From NCBI GenBank assembly GCA_965250005.1, contig OZ252279.1:630001-662000 (forward strand): a stretch of 32,000 nucleotides of DNA, read 5' to 3'. A program made the position numbers and the translations under genes. Positions 16,716 through 24,776 of this stretch are shown piece by piece; position 1 is the stretch's first letter, and the number at the start of each line of letters is the position of its first letter. The notes below the pieces were generated by a model. The model worked only from the letters and a program-made list of their open reading frames with translations, did not search any database and was not told the DNA's origin. The stretch comes from Demequinaceae bacterium (GTDB taxonomy: Bacteria; Actinomycetota; Actinomycetes; Actinomycetales; Demequinaceae).

Positions 16716-18304
16716 GCAAGCTCGACCGCGCCGCAGGCGCTACCGCCACCTATGTGGACGACCGCACCTCAATCGGCGGCTTCGTCAAATACTTCTCGCG
16801 CAAACTGTTCCCCGACCACTGGTCCTTCATGCTCGGCGAGGTAGCGCTGTACTCGTTCATCGTGCTGCTGATTTCGGGAGTCTTCCTCACCGGATACTTC
16901 ATCCCGTCGCTCGCCGAAATCGAATACGACGGCTCGTACGTCACGATGCAGGGCGTGCACATGTCCGAGGCGTTCGCCTCGACGCTCGACCTATCGTTCG
17001 AGGTGCGCGGCGGGCTGCTCATGCGCCAGATCCACCACTGGTCGGCGCTGCTCTTCACCGCGGCGCTCATGGTGCACATGCTGCGCGTGTTCTTCACGGG
17101 CGCGTTCCGCAAGCCGCGCGAGATCAACTGGGTGGTGGGCTTCACCATCCTCATCCTGTCGCTCTTCGCGGGTTTCTCGGGCTATTCACTGCCCGACGAT
17201 GTGCTTTCCGGCAACGGACTGCGCATCCTCGACGGTGTGGTGCGGTCCATCCCCATCGGCGGCTCATACATCTCGTACTGGATGTTCGGCGGCGAGTTCC
17301 CTGGCACTGCCCTGATACCCCGGCTGTATACGCTCCACGTGCTGCTGATACCGGCGGCGATACTGGCGCTCATTGGGCTGCACCTATTGCTTGTGTTCTT
17401 ACACAAGCACACGCAGTATCCTGGTGGCGGCCGGACCAACAGGAACGTCGTGGGACTGCCGCTCTTCCCTGTTTACACGGCCAAAGCCGGTGGATTCTTC
17501 TTCGTGGTTTTCGGCTTCATCGCATTGCTTGCCGCGACGCTCACCGTGAACCCGGTCTGGAACTATGGGCCGTACGACCCCTCGCCCGTTGGCGCGGGGG
17601 CTCAACCTGACTGGTACATGCTCTTCCTCGAGGGAGCCCTGCGCATGACGCCTGCCTGGGAGTGGGTGATCGGGGGCTACACATTGTCGATGAATGTGCT
17701 CCTGCCCGGCGTGCTCCTGCCCGGACTCATCTTCACGGTCCAGGCGCTCTATCCGTTCATCGAATCCTGGGCGACCAAGGACCGTGGCGAGCGCCACGTG
17801 CTCGAACGTCCTCGCAACGCCCCGACGCGTACGGGATTCGGCGTCGCCATGATCGCCTTCTACGCGATCCTGGTGCTCGCGGGCTCCAACGACATCATCG
17901 CGGGCTACTTCAGCATGTCGATCAACACGCTGACCCGGTCGTTCCAGGTGCTCATTTTCGCCCTACCGATCCTGTCCTTCTGGGTGACCCGACGCATTTG
18001 CTTTGGGCTTCAGCGCAAGGACCGCGAGTTGGTGCTCCACGGTCACGAGACAGGCCGCATTGTCCGCCACGAAGACGGCGAGTACATCGAAGTTCACCAG
18101 CCGCTCGATGAAGAGGAGCGGTGGCTGCGCGTCCAGCACGACGTCAACCGTCCGCTAGAGATCGGCCCCAAGCATAATGAGCGCGGCGTCAAGCGCCCCG
18201 GCTACCGGTGGGACCGCTTCCGCCAGGTGCTGTCACGCTTCTTCTACGAGGACCGGATTGAGCCGGTCACGCCTTCGGAGCTCTCGGAGGCCGATCACCA
18301 CTGA
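16712..18304 (+). CDS. qcrB: cytochrome bc1 complex cytochrome b subunit
   Basis: Polytopic with haem-ligand His pairs ('RQIHHWSALLF', 'LHVLLIP'). 'QPDWYMLF' is a PEWY-like Qo motif. Long actinobacterial C-terminal extension. GTG start overlaps the qcrA stop (GTGA). Confidence 0.9.
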   Translation: MSKLDRAAGATATYVDDRTSIGGFVKYFSRKLFPDHWSFMLGEVALYSFIVLLISGVFLTGYFIPSLAEIEYDGSYVTMQGVHMSEAFASTLDLSFEVRGGLLMRQIHHWSALLFTAALMVHMLRVFFTGAFRKPREINWVVGFTILILSLFAGFSGYSLPDDVLSGNGLRILDGVVRSIPIGGSYISYWMFGGEFPGTALIPRLYTLHVLLIPAAILALIGLHLLLVFLHKHTQYPGGGRTNRNVVGLPLFPVYTAKAGGFFFVVFGFIALLAATLTVNPVWNYGPYDPSPVGAGAQPDWYMLFLEGALRMTPAWEWVIGGYTLSMNVLLPGVLLPGLIFTVQALYPFIESWATKDRGERHVLERPRNAPTRTGFGVAMIAFYAILVLAGSNDIIAGYFSMSINTLTRSFQVLIFALPILSFWVTRRICFGLQRKDRELVLHGHETGRIVRHEDGEYIEVHQPLDEEERWLRVQHDVNRPLEIGPKHNERGVKRPGYRWDRFRQVLSRFFYEDRIEPVTPSELSEADHH

Positions 18305-18315
18305 TTCGATCAGAG

Positions 18316-18377
18316 TGAAGTAAGGGGCGTTGCTCACGGCGGTCAGGCTTGATCCCCTCGCAACGCCCCTTACTTCA
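18316..18377 (+). terminator. 18-bp perfect inverted repeat with 26-nt loop, downstream of qcrB
   Basis: tgaagtaaggggcgttgc (18316-18333) pairs with gcaacgccccttacttca (18360-18377), followed by ttcctatt. Starts 12 nt after the qcrB stop. The loop is unusually large for an intrinsic terminator. Confidence 0.4.
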
Positions 18378-18489
18378 TTCCTATTGCGTGGGCGCCAACG
18401 TTTGGCTGGTCGCAAGTCCGTTCGCGCTGAGGCTCAAGAGTCGCGCCAGAGCACTCAGGAGTCGGCCTCAGATTCGCGTTCGTTCGGGA

Positions 18490-18495
18490 TAGGCT
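18490..18495 (+). promoter_or_regulatory. candidate -10 hexamer TAGGCT for sodA (leadered transcript)
   Basis: Only TANNNT match in the region just upstream of sodA. Predicts a ~45-nt leader carrying the GGAG Shine-Dalgarno at 18538-18541. Confidence 0.25.
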
Positions 18496-18546
18496 CAGAT
18501 CAGATTTCACCCACCGCCCGCGTAGGGCACAAACCCCTGGAGCAGC

Positions 18547-19173
18547 ATGACTGACTATTCACTTCCAGATCTCGCGTACGACTACTCGGCGCTCGCGCCG
18601 CACATCGACGGCGCGATCATGGAGCTTCACCACTCTAAGCACCACGCCGCGTACGTGGCAGGCGCCAACCAGGCAATCGAGCAGATGGCTGAGGCTCGCG
18701 ACAAGGAATCCTTCGGCACCGTCCCGATGCTCGAGAAGAACCTGGCCTTCCACCTGGGCGGTCACATCAACCACTCGGTGTTCTGGACCAACATGTCCCC
18801 CGAAGGCGGCGACAAGCCCGCTGGGGAGCTCTCAGCCGCCATTGACGACCACTTTGGAAGCTTCGACGCATTCCGCGCGCACTTCACGGCCACGGCGATG
18901 AGCATTCAGGGGTCTGGGTGGGCGATTCTTGCTTGGGATTCCGTTGGTGCGCGCCCCGTGATCGTCCAGCTATACGACCAGCAGGGCAACATCCCCATCG
19001 GGCTCGTTCCACTGCTCCTTCTCGACATGTGGGAGCACGCCTTCTACCTTCAGTACCGCAACGTCAAGGGCGACTACGTCAACGCGTGGTGGAACACCGT
19101 GGATTGGTCGAACGTTCAGGCGCGATTCGCCAACGCGGTTTCGCAGGCCTCGGGTCTCATCAATCAGGCTTAG
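18547..19173 (+). CDS. sodA: Fe/Mn-family superoxide dismutase
   Basis: '[15 protein letters not shown]', 'ELHHSKHH' and '[11 protein letters not shown]' signatures. No signal peptide. GGAG Shine-Dalgarno. Confidence 0.92.
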   Translation: MTDYSLPDLAYDYSALAPHIDGAIMELHHSKHHAAYVAGANQAIEQMAEARDKESFGTVPMLEKNLAFHLGGHINHSVFWTNMSPEGGDKPAGELSAAIDDHFGSFDAFRAHFTATAMSIQGSGWAILAWDSVGARPVIVQLYDQQGNIPIGLVPLLLLDMWEHAFYLQYRNVKGDYVNAWWNTVDWSNVQARFANAVSQASGLINQA

Positions 19174-19200
19174 GTTCAACGCTCGCGCGTATGCGACGCG

Positions 19201-19248
19201 GAAACAGCGAGGCCCGGCCCCCAACTTGGGGCCGGGCCTCGCTGTTTC
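19201..19248. terminator. bidirectional intrinsic terminator (21-bp perfect stem, 6-nt loop)
   Basis: gaaacagcgaggcccggcccc / caactt / ggggccgggcctcgctgtttc. Lies between convergent sodA and the secreted-protein gene. A-rich 5' and T-rich 3' flanks are part of the stem ends. Confidence 0.75.
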
Positions 19249-19266
19249 TCTGGAAGGAGTCTGAGA

Positions 19267-20034
19267 CTATGCAATCGGTGATGGCGACGGCTCTACGTCG
19301 TCGTCACCGTCGTGGTCGTGGTCGTCATCGTCGCTACCCTCGGCCTCGTCCTCCGCGCCTAGCGCCGCAATCTCGTCGATGTACGCAAGCGCTGCCTCGA
19401 TATCAAAGTCCTCGGGGAAGAGCGATGCAAAGTCAAAGTCCTCGTCGAGGTTGACTCCGATCAACGCCATTATTCGTGCAAGCGCGTGTGCCTTGGCGTC
19501 GTCGGGAAGCATCTCGGCTTTGGCAGCGAACTTAATCGCAACCTTGATATGGGCCGCTCGACTCATCTCGGCACCCCAACTTCCGCCTGACTCCTTGATC
19601 GCTACCTTCAACTCGGCGCGGGCTGCACGCTCGGCTTCCTTGGCGCATTTCTTGGCCTGAGCAGCTTCCTTGCCTCCGCCGTTGTTGGCCTTGTCTTCCT
19701 TGTTGGCTTGGCCCTTGTTCGACTTGTCGGCAGACTTGTCCTTGCCGTTGCCGTTGTTCGATTTCTCGGCGGACTTGCCGTTGCCGTTGTCCGGCTTGTC
19801 AGAGACGACTGCGAGGGTCTCATCATCTGCGGCTGCTTCCGTCTCCGTTGGCTCGGGACTGGGCTCGGGGCTACCGCCCTCGACTTCAACGCAGGTTTCT
19901 GTCGTCTTGGTCGACTCCGTCGACTCGTCTTCGCCTTCCTCGTCATCAGCGAAGGCAGCCTGGCCGGAGAGCAGGAGCATCGAAGCTCCCGCAACGGCTC
20001 CCACTAGGCGGGTGACATGTGTTCTAAACACCAT
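19267..20034 (-). CDS. secreted acidic low-complexity protein with Asp/His-rich C-terminus, function unknown
   Basis: Start ATG 20034 has a GAGGAAG Shine-Dalgarno. Signal peptide 'MVFRTHVTRLVGAVAGASMLLLSGQAAFA|DDEE'. K/N/G/D-rich repeat region (33-bp-spaced DNA repeat cttgccgttgccgttgt at 19741 and 19774). Helical Ala/Lys segment. Tail 'EGSDDDDHDHDGDDDVEPSPSP'. The ORF-track upstream 64 codons lack a Shine-Dalgarno. Confidence 0.6.
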   Translation of the reverse strand: MVFRTHVTRLVGAVAGASMLLLSGQAAFADDEEGEDESTESTKTTETCVEVEGGSPEPSPEPTETEAAADDETLAVVSDKPDNGNGKSAEKSNNGNGKDKSADKSNKGQANKEDKANNGGGKEAAQAKKCAKEAERAARAELKVAIKESGGSWGAEMSRAAHIKVAIKFAAKAEMLPDDAKAHALARIMALIGVNLDEDFDFASLFPEDFDIEAALAYIDEIAALGAEDEAEGSDDDDHDHDGDDDVEPSPSPIA

Positions 20035-20235
20035 CAACTTCCTCTTCGGGTTGTCGGTCGTTGTGGACGCTCGTGCCAGCGCATTGTTTCTGTGATGCGG
20101 TTGCTGTGTCCAACGATACTCGTGCGTCGCGTCCAATACACGTAACGAACGTGTGGGATCAGTCACCGGTTCCGGTTGCTTGAGTCGGCCAACGTCAGCC
20201 GCGAGCGACGCACCGAATACAGGCACGCCGTGCCG

Positions 20236-20637
20236 CTAGTGGCGGTGCTGACCCCTGGAGAACTCGAAGACCCAGCCCGTGAGCCCGATGATCGCCAGCA
20301 GCACCGCGGGAACCATGATCCACCAACCGACAGCTAGCGCGAGGAACCCGGTGGCTGTGGCGCCAGCGAGAACCAGCGGCCACCAGCTCCAGGGAGCGTA
20401 GACGCCCTGCTCGCCCGAGAGCTCTGCAATCTCACCGTCGTCGCGATCTTCCGGGCGGCTGCCGTGGCGCTTGGCGAGCATCCGGAAGTAGACGCCAATC
20501 ATGAAGGCAAGGCCCGCGACCAGCAGCAGAGCCGGGAAGCCGACCCACTCATTGAAATCGGTGAGCCACCCGTAGACGAACGCCATTCCCACGAAGAAGT
20601 AGCCCGGCAAGTTGAAGAACGTAGATTCGTTGCGCAT
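20236..20637 (-). CDS. ctaF: cytochrome c oxidase subunit IV (actinobacterial CtaF)
   Basis: 133-aa membrane protein directly after ctaD (10-nt gap containing GAGG). Rv2199c-like size and hydrophobic pattern ('YFFVGMAFVYGWL', 'WWPLVLAGATATGFLALAVGWW'). Confidence 0.75.
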   Translation of the reverse strand: MRNESTFFNLPGYFFVGMAFVYGWLTDFNEWVGFPALLLVAGLAFMIGVYFRMLAKRHGSRPEDRDDGEIAELSGEQGVYAPWSWWPLVLAGATATGFLALAVGWWIMVPAVLLAIIGLTGWVFEFSRGQHRH

Positions 20638-20647
20638 GTCTGGCCTC

Positions 20648-22306
20648 CTAGTGGTCGTTGGCGTGGTCGATCTTGGCGGCCTCGGGGTGGTGAAGGTCGA
20701 ACGCGGGGCGCTCGGACCGGATGCGAGGGATCGACGAGAAGTTGTGGCGAGGCGGCGGGCAGGACGTCGCCCACTCGAGTGAGTTGCCGTGGCCCCACGG
20801 GTCGTCCACTCCCACCATGGGAGCCTTCCGTGACGTGCGGTAGATGTTCCACAGGAACGGCAGCGTGGAGATTGCCAGCAGCACCGAACCGATGGTAGAC
20901 ACCTGATTCATCCCCGTGAAGCCATCTTCGGGGAGGTAGTCGACGTAACGTCTTGCCATGCCTTCTGCCCCAAGCCAGTGCTGGATGAGGAACGTGGCGT
21001 GGAAGCCAAAGAACAGCAGCCAGAAGTGGAGCTTGCCCCAACCCTCGTGAAGGCGCTTGCCCGTCATCTTGGGCCACCAGAAGTAGAAGCCAGCGAACAT
21101 CGCGAAGACGACGGTGCCGAACACCACGTAGTGGAAGTGAGCGACCACGAAGTACGAGTCTGAGATCGGAATGTCGAGCGGAGGCGACGACAAGATGACG
21201 CCGGTCAGTCCGCCGAATAGGAAGGTGACGATAAATCCGAGCGCCCACAGCATGGGCGTCTCAAACGTGAGTTTGCCTCGCCACATGGTGCCTATCCAGT
21301 TAAAAAACTTCACACCGGTTGGCACGGCGATCAACATGGTCATGAACGCGAAGAACGGCAGCAGCACCGCACCAGTGACATACATGTGGTGTGCCCACAC
21401 GGTCACCGAGAGCGCGGCGATGGCGACGGTCGCGTAGATGAGGCCGTGATAGCCGAACAGCGGCTTTCGACTGAATACGGGGAAGATCTCGGAGACGATG
21501 CCAAAGAACGGCAGCGCGAGGATGTATACCTCCGGGTGCCCGAAGAACCAGAACAGGTGTTGCCAGAGCACAGCTCCGCCATACTCCGGATTGAATATCT
21601 GAGATCCGAGTTGTCGGTCGGACCCTAGGGCCAGGAGCGCAGCCGCGAGCGGGGGGAACGCCATGAGCACAAGCATCGAGGTCACCAGGATGTTCCAGGT
21701 GAAGATCGGCATACGGAACATGGTCATACCCGGCGCGCGCATGGTGACGATGGTTGTGATGAAGTTGACGGCACCGAGGATCGTTCCGAATCCACCCATC
21801 GCAAGGCCGAACACCCAAAGGTCGGCGCCCAGGCCGGGCGAGTACACCGCGTTAGAAAGCGGTGTGTAGGCGAACCACCCGAACGATGCGGCGCCCTGCG
21901 GGGTGAAGAAGCCTGCGGCGGCGATGAGCCCACCGAACAGGTACAGCCAATACGCGAACATGTTGAGTCGTGGGAAGGCGACGTCGGGCGCACCGATCTG
22001 CAGCGGCATGATGACGTTCGCGAAGCCCGCGAACAGCGGGGTCGCGAACAGCAGCAACATGATGGTGCCGTGCATGGTGAAAAGTTGGTTGTACTGCTCG
22101 GCCGACTGCACCACCTGCACGCCGGGCTCGAAGAGTTCTGCGCGGATGACAAGCGCCATCAGGCCCGCAACGATGAAGAAGAAGAACGACGTCATCATGT
22201 ACATGTAGCCGATGGTCTTGTGGTCCGTAGAGGTGATCCACTTCACCACGATGTTCCCACCGGTCGCCGTCTGCTTGCGCCCCGTGGTGGCGGTCCCGTA
22301 TGCCAT
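20648..22306 (-). CDS. ctaD: cytochrome c oxidase (aa3) subunit I
   Basis: '[11 protein letters not shown]', '[10 protein letters not shown]' and 'HFHYV' haem/CuB ligand motifs. ATG 22306 overlaps the ctaC stop by 1 nt (TAATG). The ORF-track extension to 22384 overlaps ctaC. Confidence 0.93.
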   Translation of the reverse strand: MAYGTATTGRKQTATGGNIVVKWITSTDHKTIGYMYMMTSFFFFIVAGLMALVIRAELFEPGVQVVQSAEQYNQLFTMHGTIMLLLFATPLFAGFANVIMPLQIGAPDVAFPRLNMFAYWLYLFGGLIAAAGFFTPQGAASFGWFAYTPLSNAVYSPGLGADLWVFGLAMGGFGTILGAVNFITTIVTMRAPGMTMFRMPIFTWNILVTSMLVLMAFPPLAAALLALGSDRQLGSQIFNPEYGGAVLWQHLFWFFGHPEVYILALPFFGIVSEIFPVFSRKPLFGYHGLIYATVAIAALSVTVWAHHMYVTGAVLLPFFAFMTMLIAVPTGVKFFNWIGTMWRGKLTFETPMLWALGFIVTFLFGGLTGVILSSPPLDIPISDSYFVVAHFHYVVFGTVVFAMFAGFYFWWPKMTGKRLHEGWGKLHFWLLFFGFHATFLIQHWLGAEGMARRYVDYLPEDGFTGMNQVSTIGSVLLAISTLPFLWNIYRTSRKAPMVGVDDPWGHGNSLEWATSCPPPRHNFSSIPRIRSERPAFDLHHPEAAKIDHANDH

Positions 22307-23157
22307 TACTCTCCGTCCTGAACGTCTGAGCGACGGTTGTAGTCGAGGCCAAGGAGGCCGTCGTTGCCGATCTCGTGCAACCAATCGATGTACTCGTTGT
22401 ACTCCGGGCGCTCGACCACCTTGACGGTGAAGAGCATCGAGGCATGGAACTCACCGCAGAGCTCTGCGCACTTGCCCGTGTACGTGCCCACCTTGGTGGG
22501 CACCACCTGGAAGACGTTCGTCTTTCCCGGGATCGCGTCGATCTTGTATAGGAACGCAGGAATCCAGAAGGAGTGGATCACGTCGCGCGAATCGACGGTG
22601 ATCTCGATGACCTCGTCAACGGGAAGGTAGAGGATCGGCAGGGTCTCCGGCACGCCCTCTTCGCCTGTCAGGTGCGCCTGCACCCCCGCGAAGTACACGT
22701 CTTCGTCCGTGTAGTTGAAGTCCCAGCTCCACTGCTTGCCGACCACCTGGACATTCACGTCCGGCGTGGCGGAGGTGTCCTGAAGAGCCCACACATCCTG
22801 CACAGTCCACTTAAACAGCACCACGATCATAATCAGCGGCACGATGGTGTACATCAGTTCGAGCGGCACGTGCGCGCGCGTCTGAACCGGGAGCTTATTG
22901 TCGTTCTTGCGCTTCCGATGAACCGTGATGGTCCACAGGATCAGTCCCCACGTGATCGCCCCGACAACGAGGGCGGCAATCCAGCTGCCGTTCCACAGGT
23001 CGATGATGCGGCCGGTTTGATTGGTGATCTCGGGGTTGGAGGGCAGGGCGCCGTTCTCAATGCCTTGGCTACAGCCGGCAAGTACGGTTCCCGCGCTCAG
23101 GAGCGTGGCCGTCAGCGCGACCCGCTTACCCCTACGCAGAGTAGTTAGTTTGGACAC
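22306..23157 (-). CDS. ctaC: cytochrome c oxidase subunit II (lipoprotein)
   Basis: Lipobox 'LAGCS', two TM helices, and CuA site 'HSFWIP...[12 protein letters not shown]'. GTG start lies 6 nt after TAGACT. Confidence 0.92.
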   Translation of the reverse strand: MSKLTTLRRGKRVALTATLLSAGTVLAGCSQGIENGALPSNPEITNQTGRIIDLWNGSWIAALVVGAITWGLILWTITVHRKRKNDNKLPVQTRAHVPLELMYTIVPLIMIVVLFKWTVQDVWALQDTSATPDVNVQVVGKQWSWDFNYTDEDVYFAGVQAHLTGEEGVPETLPILYLPVDEVIEITVDSRDVIHSFWIPAFLYKIDAIPGKTNVFQVVPTKVGTYTGKCAELCGEFHASMLFTVKVVERPEYNEYIDWLHEIGNDGLLGLDYNRRSDVQDGE

Positions 23158-23163
23158 CCCGGA

Positions 23164-23169
23164 AGTCTA
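23164..23169 (-). promoter_or_regulatory. -10 hexamer TAGACT, putative leaderless promoter of ctaCDF
   Basis: Minus-strand reading is TAGACT-tccggg-GTG(23157). Confidence 0.45.
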
Positions 23170-23177
23170 GCGCGCGT

Positions 23178-23183
23178 TAGTGT
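23178..23183 (+). promoter_or_regulatory. -10 hexamer TAGTGT, putative leaderless promoter of the NifS-like gene
   Basis: TAGTGT-tttcgt-ATG(23190). It lies only 8 bp from the opposing ctaC hexamer. Confidence 0.45.
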
Positions 23184-23189
23184 TTTCGT

Positions 23190-24308
23190 ATGGCCGATTT
23201 TGGCGGGTCCCGTGTCTATCTTGACGCGGCAGGAAACGCCCCGATGTCGGTGCGAACCCTCGAAGCCCTAAATGCAGCCATTCATGACGGCTGGGCGGAC
23301 CCGGCGCGGCTCCACGCAGAGGGCAGGCAGGCGCGTGCGCTGCTCGACGGGGCGCGCGAATCGATCGCCGGAGTGCTGGGCACCAGCGCTGAACTCACTC
23401 ACTTCACACACTCCCCGTACACCGCCTTCGAGAAGTCGATTGCCGGAATCGCACTCGCCCGACGCCGGCACACTATGGCCGTGGTGAGTGCCGTGGAGCG
23501 TGTTGCCGTACTCGAGACGGCAAACACGCTATTCGCCGACGGCGTCGAGACCATCGAGGTCGACGCGTCCGGGATGATCGACAAGGAAGCATTCGAACGG
23601 GCGGTTAGCGCCGACGGCGTTGCGCTGGCCGCGCTACAGCACGCGAACCGCGAAACCGGAACGGTGCAGGCACTCCAAGACGCTTTCGCCGCCGCGCAGG
23701 TCGCCAAGGTTCCGCTCGTGGTTGATGCCACTGCGAGCGTCGGGCACATTGACCCCCCTGACGTGTGGGACGCCCTCATCGCACACCCCGCCGATTGGGG
23801 CGGACCCAGTGGGCTGGGCTTGGTAGCGGTGCGTGGTTCGACGCGCTGGCTACCCGACTCAACCGTGAAGAACCCCTGGGCGCCCGGCGGAGTTTCTGTC
23901 CCGGCCGCGCTTGCGGCAGCGGTCGCACTCACCGAACGCGAGGAGCGGCGCGCGTCAGATTCAAGCCGGCTCGCGCGGTTTGTCGCGCGTATCCGCGCGG
24001 ACCTCGATGACGCCGCCGACATCGCCGTGGTTGCCGTTCCTGACGGCTCACTGCCTCACGTCCTCACGTTCACGTGCGTGGGCGTCGACAGCGAGGCGCT
24101 ACAGGCCGAGCTCGATAGGCGCGGGTACTCGGTCGGATCGGGTTCGGCGTGCACGTCAGGCGACTATGGTCACTCCCACGTGCTCGAAGCCATGGGTGTG
24201 CCCACCGCAGGCAACGTGCGTCTCGGGCTTCACCCAGCGGTCATGGAGGACCAGATCGGAGCGTTCGCCGTTGCCGTTGCCGATGCCGTCGCCAGCCTTC
24301 GCCCCTAG
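23190..24308 (+). CDS. NifS/IscS-like class V aminotransferase-fold protein with degenerate PLP site
   Basis: Colinear with IscS blocks: 'QHANRETGTVQ' (HVNNEIGVVQ), 'VVDATASVGH' (HVDATQSVGK), 'AHPADWGGPSGLGLVAV' (SGHKIYGPKGIGALYV) and 'GSGSACTSG' (Cys loop). The Schiff-base Lys position is Asp. Confidence 0.8.
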   Translation: MADFGGSRVYLDAAGNAPMSVRTLEALNAAIHDGWADPARLHAEGRQARALLDGARESIAGVLGTSAELTHFTHSPYTAFEKSIAGIALARRRHTMAVVSAVERVAVLETANTLFADGVETIEVDASGMIDKEAFERAVSADGVALAALQHANRETGTVQALQDAFAAAQVAKVPLVVDATASVGHIDPPDVWDALIAHPADWGGPSGLGLVAVRGSTRWLPDSTVKNPWAPGGVSVPAALAAAVALTEREERRASDSSRLARFVARIRADLDDAADIAVVAVPDGSLPHVLTFTCVGVDSEALQAELDRRGYSVGSGSACTSGDYGHSHVLEAMGVPTAGNVRLGLHPAVMEDQIGAFAVAVADAVASLRP

Positions 24309-24320
24309 CTCCCCGACAAA

Positions 24321-24354
24321 GCGAAAACGGACCGCACCTCGCAAGAGGTCGCGG
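24321..24354 (-). terminator. intrinsic terminator of erpA
   Basis: Minus-strand reading is ccgcgacctc-ttgc-gaggtgcgg (one bulge, tetraloop) followed by tccGTTTTCGCTTTG. Starts about 20 nt after the erpA stop. Confidence 0.5.
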
Positions 24355-24375
24355 CCCGCATCGGCAATGCTGAGT

Positions 24376-24729
24376 TTAGCTGAACGAGTCTCCGCAGGCG
24401 CAAGAATTGCTTGCGTTGGGGTTGTCGATGGTGAAGCCCTGCTTTTCGATGGTGTCGGCAAAGTCGATCTTTGCGCCGTCGACGTAGGGAACGGACATCT
24501 TGTCCACCACCACGCCAACTCCTTCGAAGTCGCGAACGGCGTCGCCATCAAGCGTGCGCTCGTCAAAGTAGAGTTGGTAGATCAGGCCCGAGCAACCACC
24601 CGGCTGAACGGATAGGCGCAGGCGCAAGTCGTCCCGGCCTTCCTGCTCAAGCAGGCTCTTGACTTTGGCAGCAGCGCCATCGGTAATAGTTACGCCGTGC
24701 GCTTCTGTCTGTGTTGCGGTGTCCGTCAT
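24376..24729 (-). CDS. erpA: HesB/IscA-family iron-sulfur cluster insertion protein
   Basis: 117 aa. 'LRLSVQPGGCSGLIYQL' and C-terminal 'CACGDSFS' Cys triad. AGGAG Shine-Dalgarno 5 nt upstream. Rv2204c-like. Confidence 0.9.
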   Translation of the reverse strand: MTDTATQTEAHGVTITDGAAAKVKSLLEQEGRDDLRLRLSVQPGGCSGLIYQLYFDERTLDGDAVRDFEGVGVVVDKMSVPYVDGAKIDFADTIEKQGFTIDNPNASNSCACGDSFS

Positions 24730-24776
24730 TGCGGCTCCTCTCGGTACTTCCTAGGTATAAGCGTACGCCTGGTCAG

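Noticed and set aside
18330-18554. 74-aa ORF in the qcrB-sodA intergenic region.
   Set aside because: It starts inside the large hairpin loop and has no Shine-Dalgarno or -10/N6 signal. Its composition is Ser/Arg-rich and low-complexity, and it runs into the sodA start. More likely non-coding leader or promoter DNA.
18547-19173. Assigning metal specificity (Mn versus Fe) to the SOD, or claiming physical association with the supercomplex.
   Set aside because: Specificity-determining residues cannot be reliably assigned by eye. Association is pure inference from adjacency. The gene is reported only as an Fe/Mn-family SOD.
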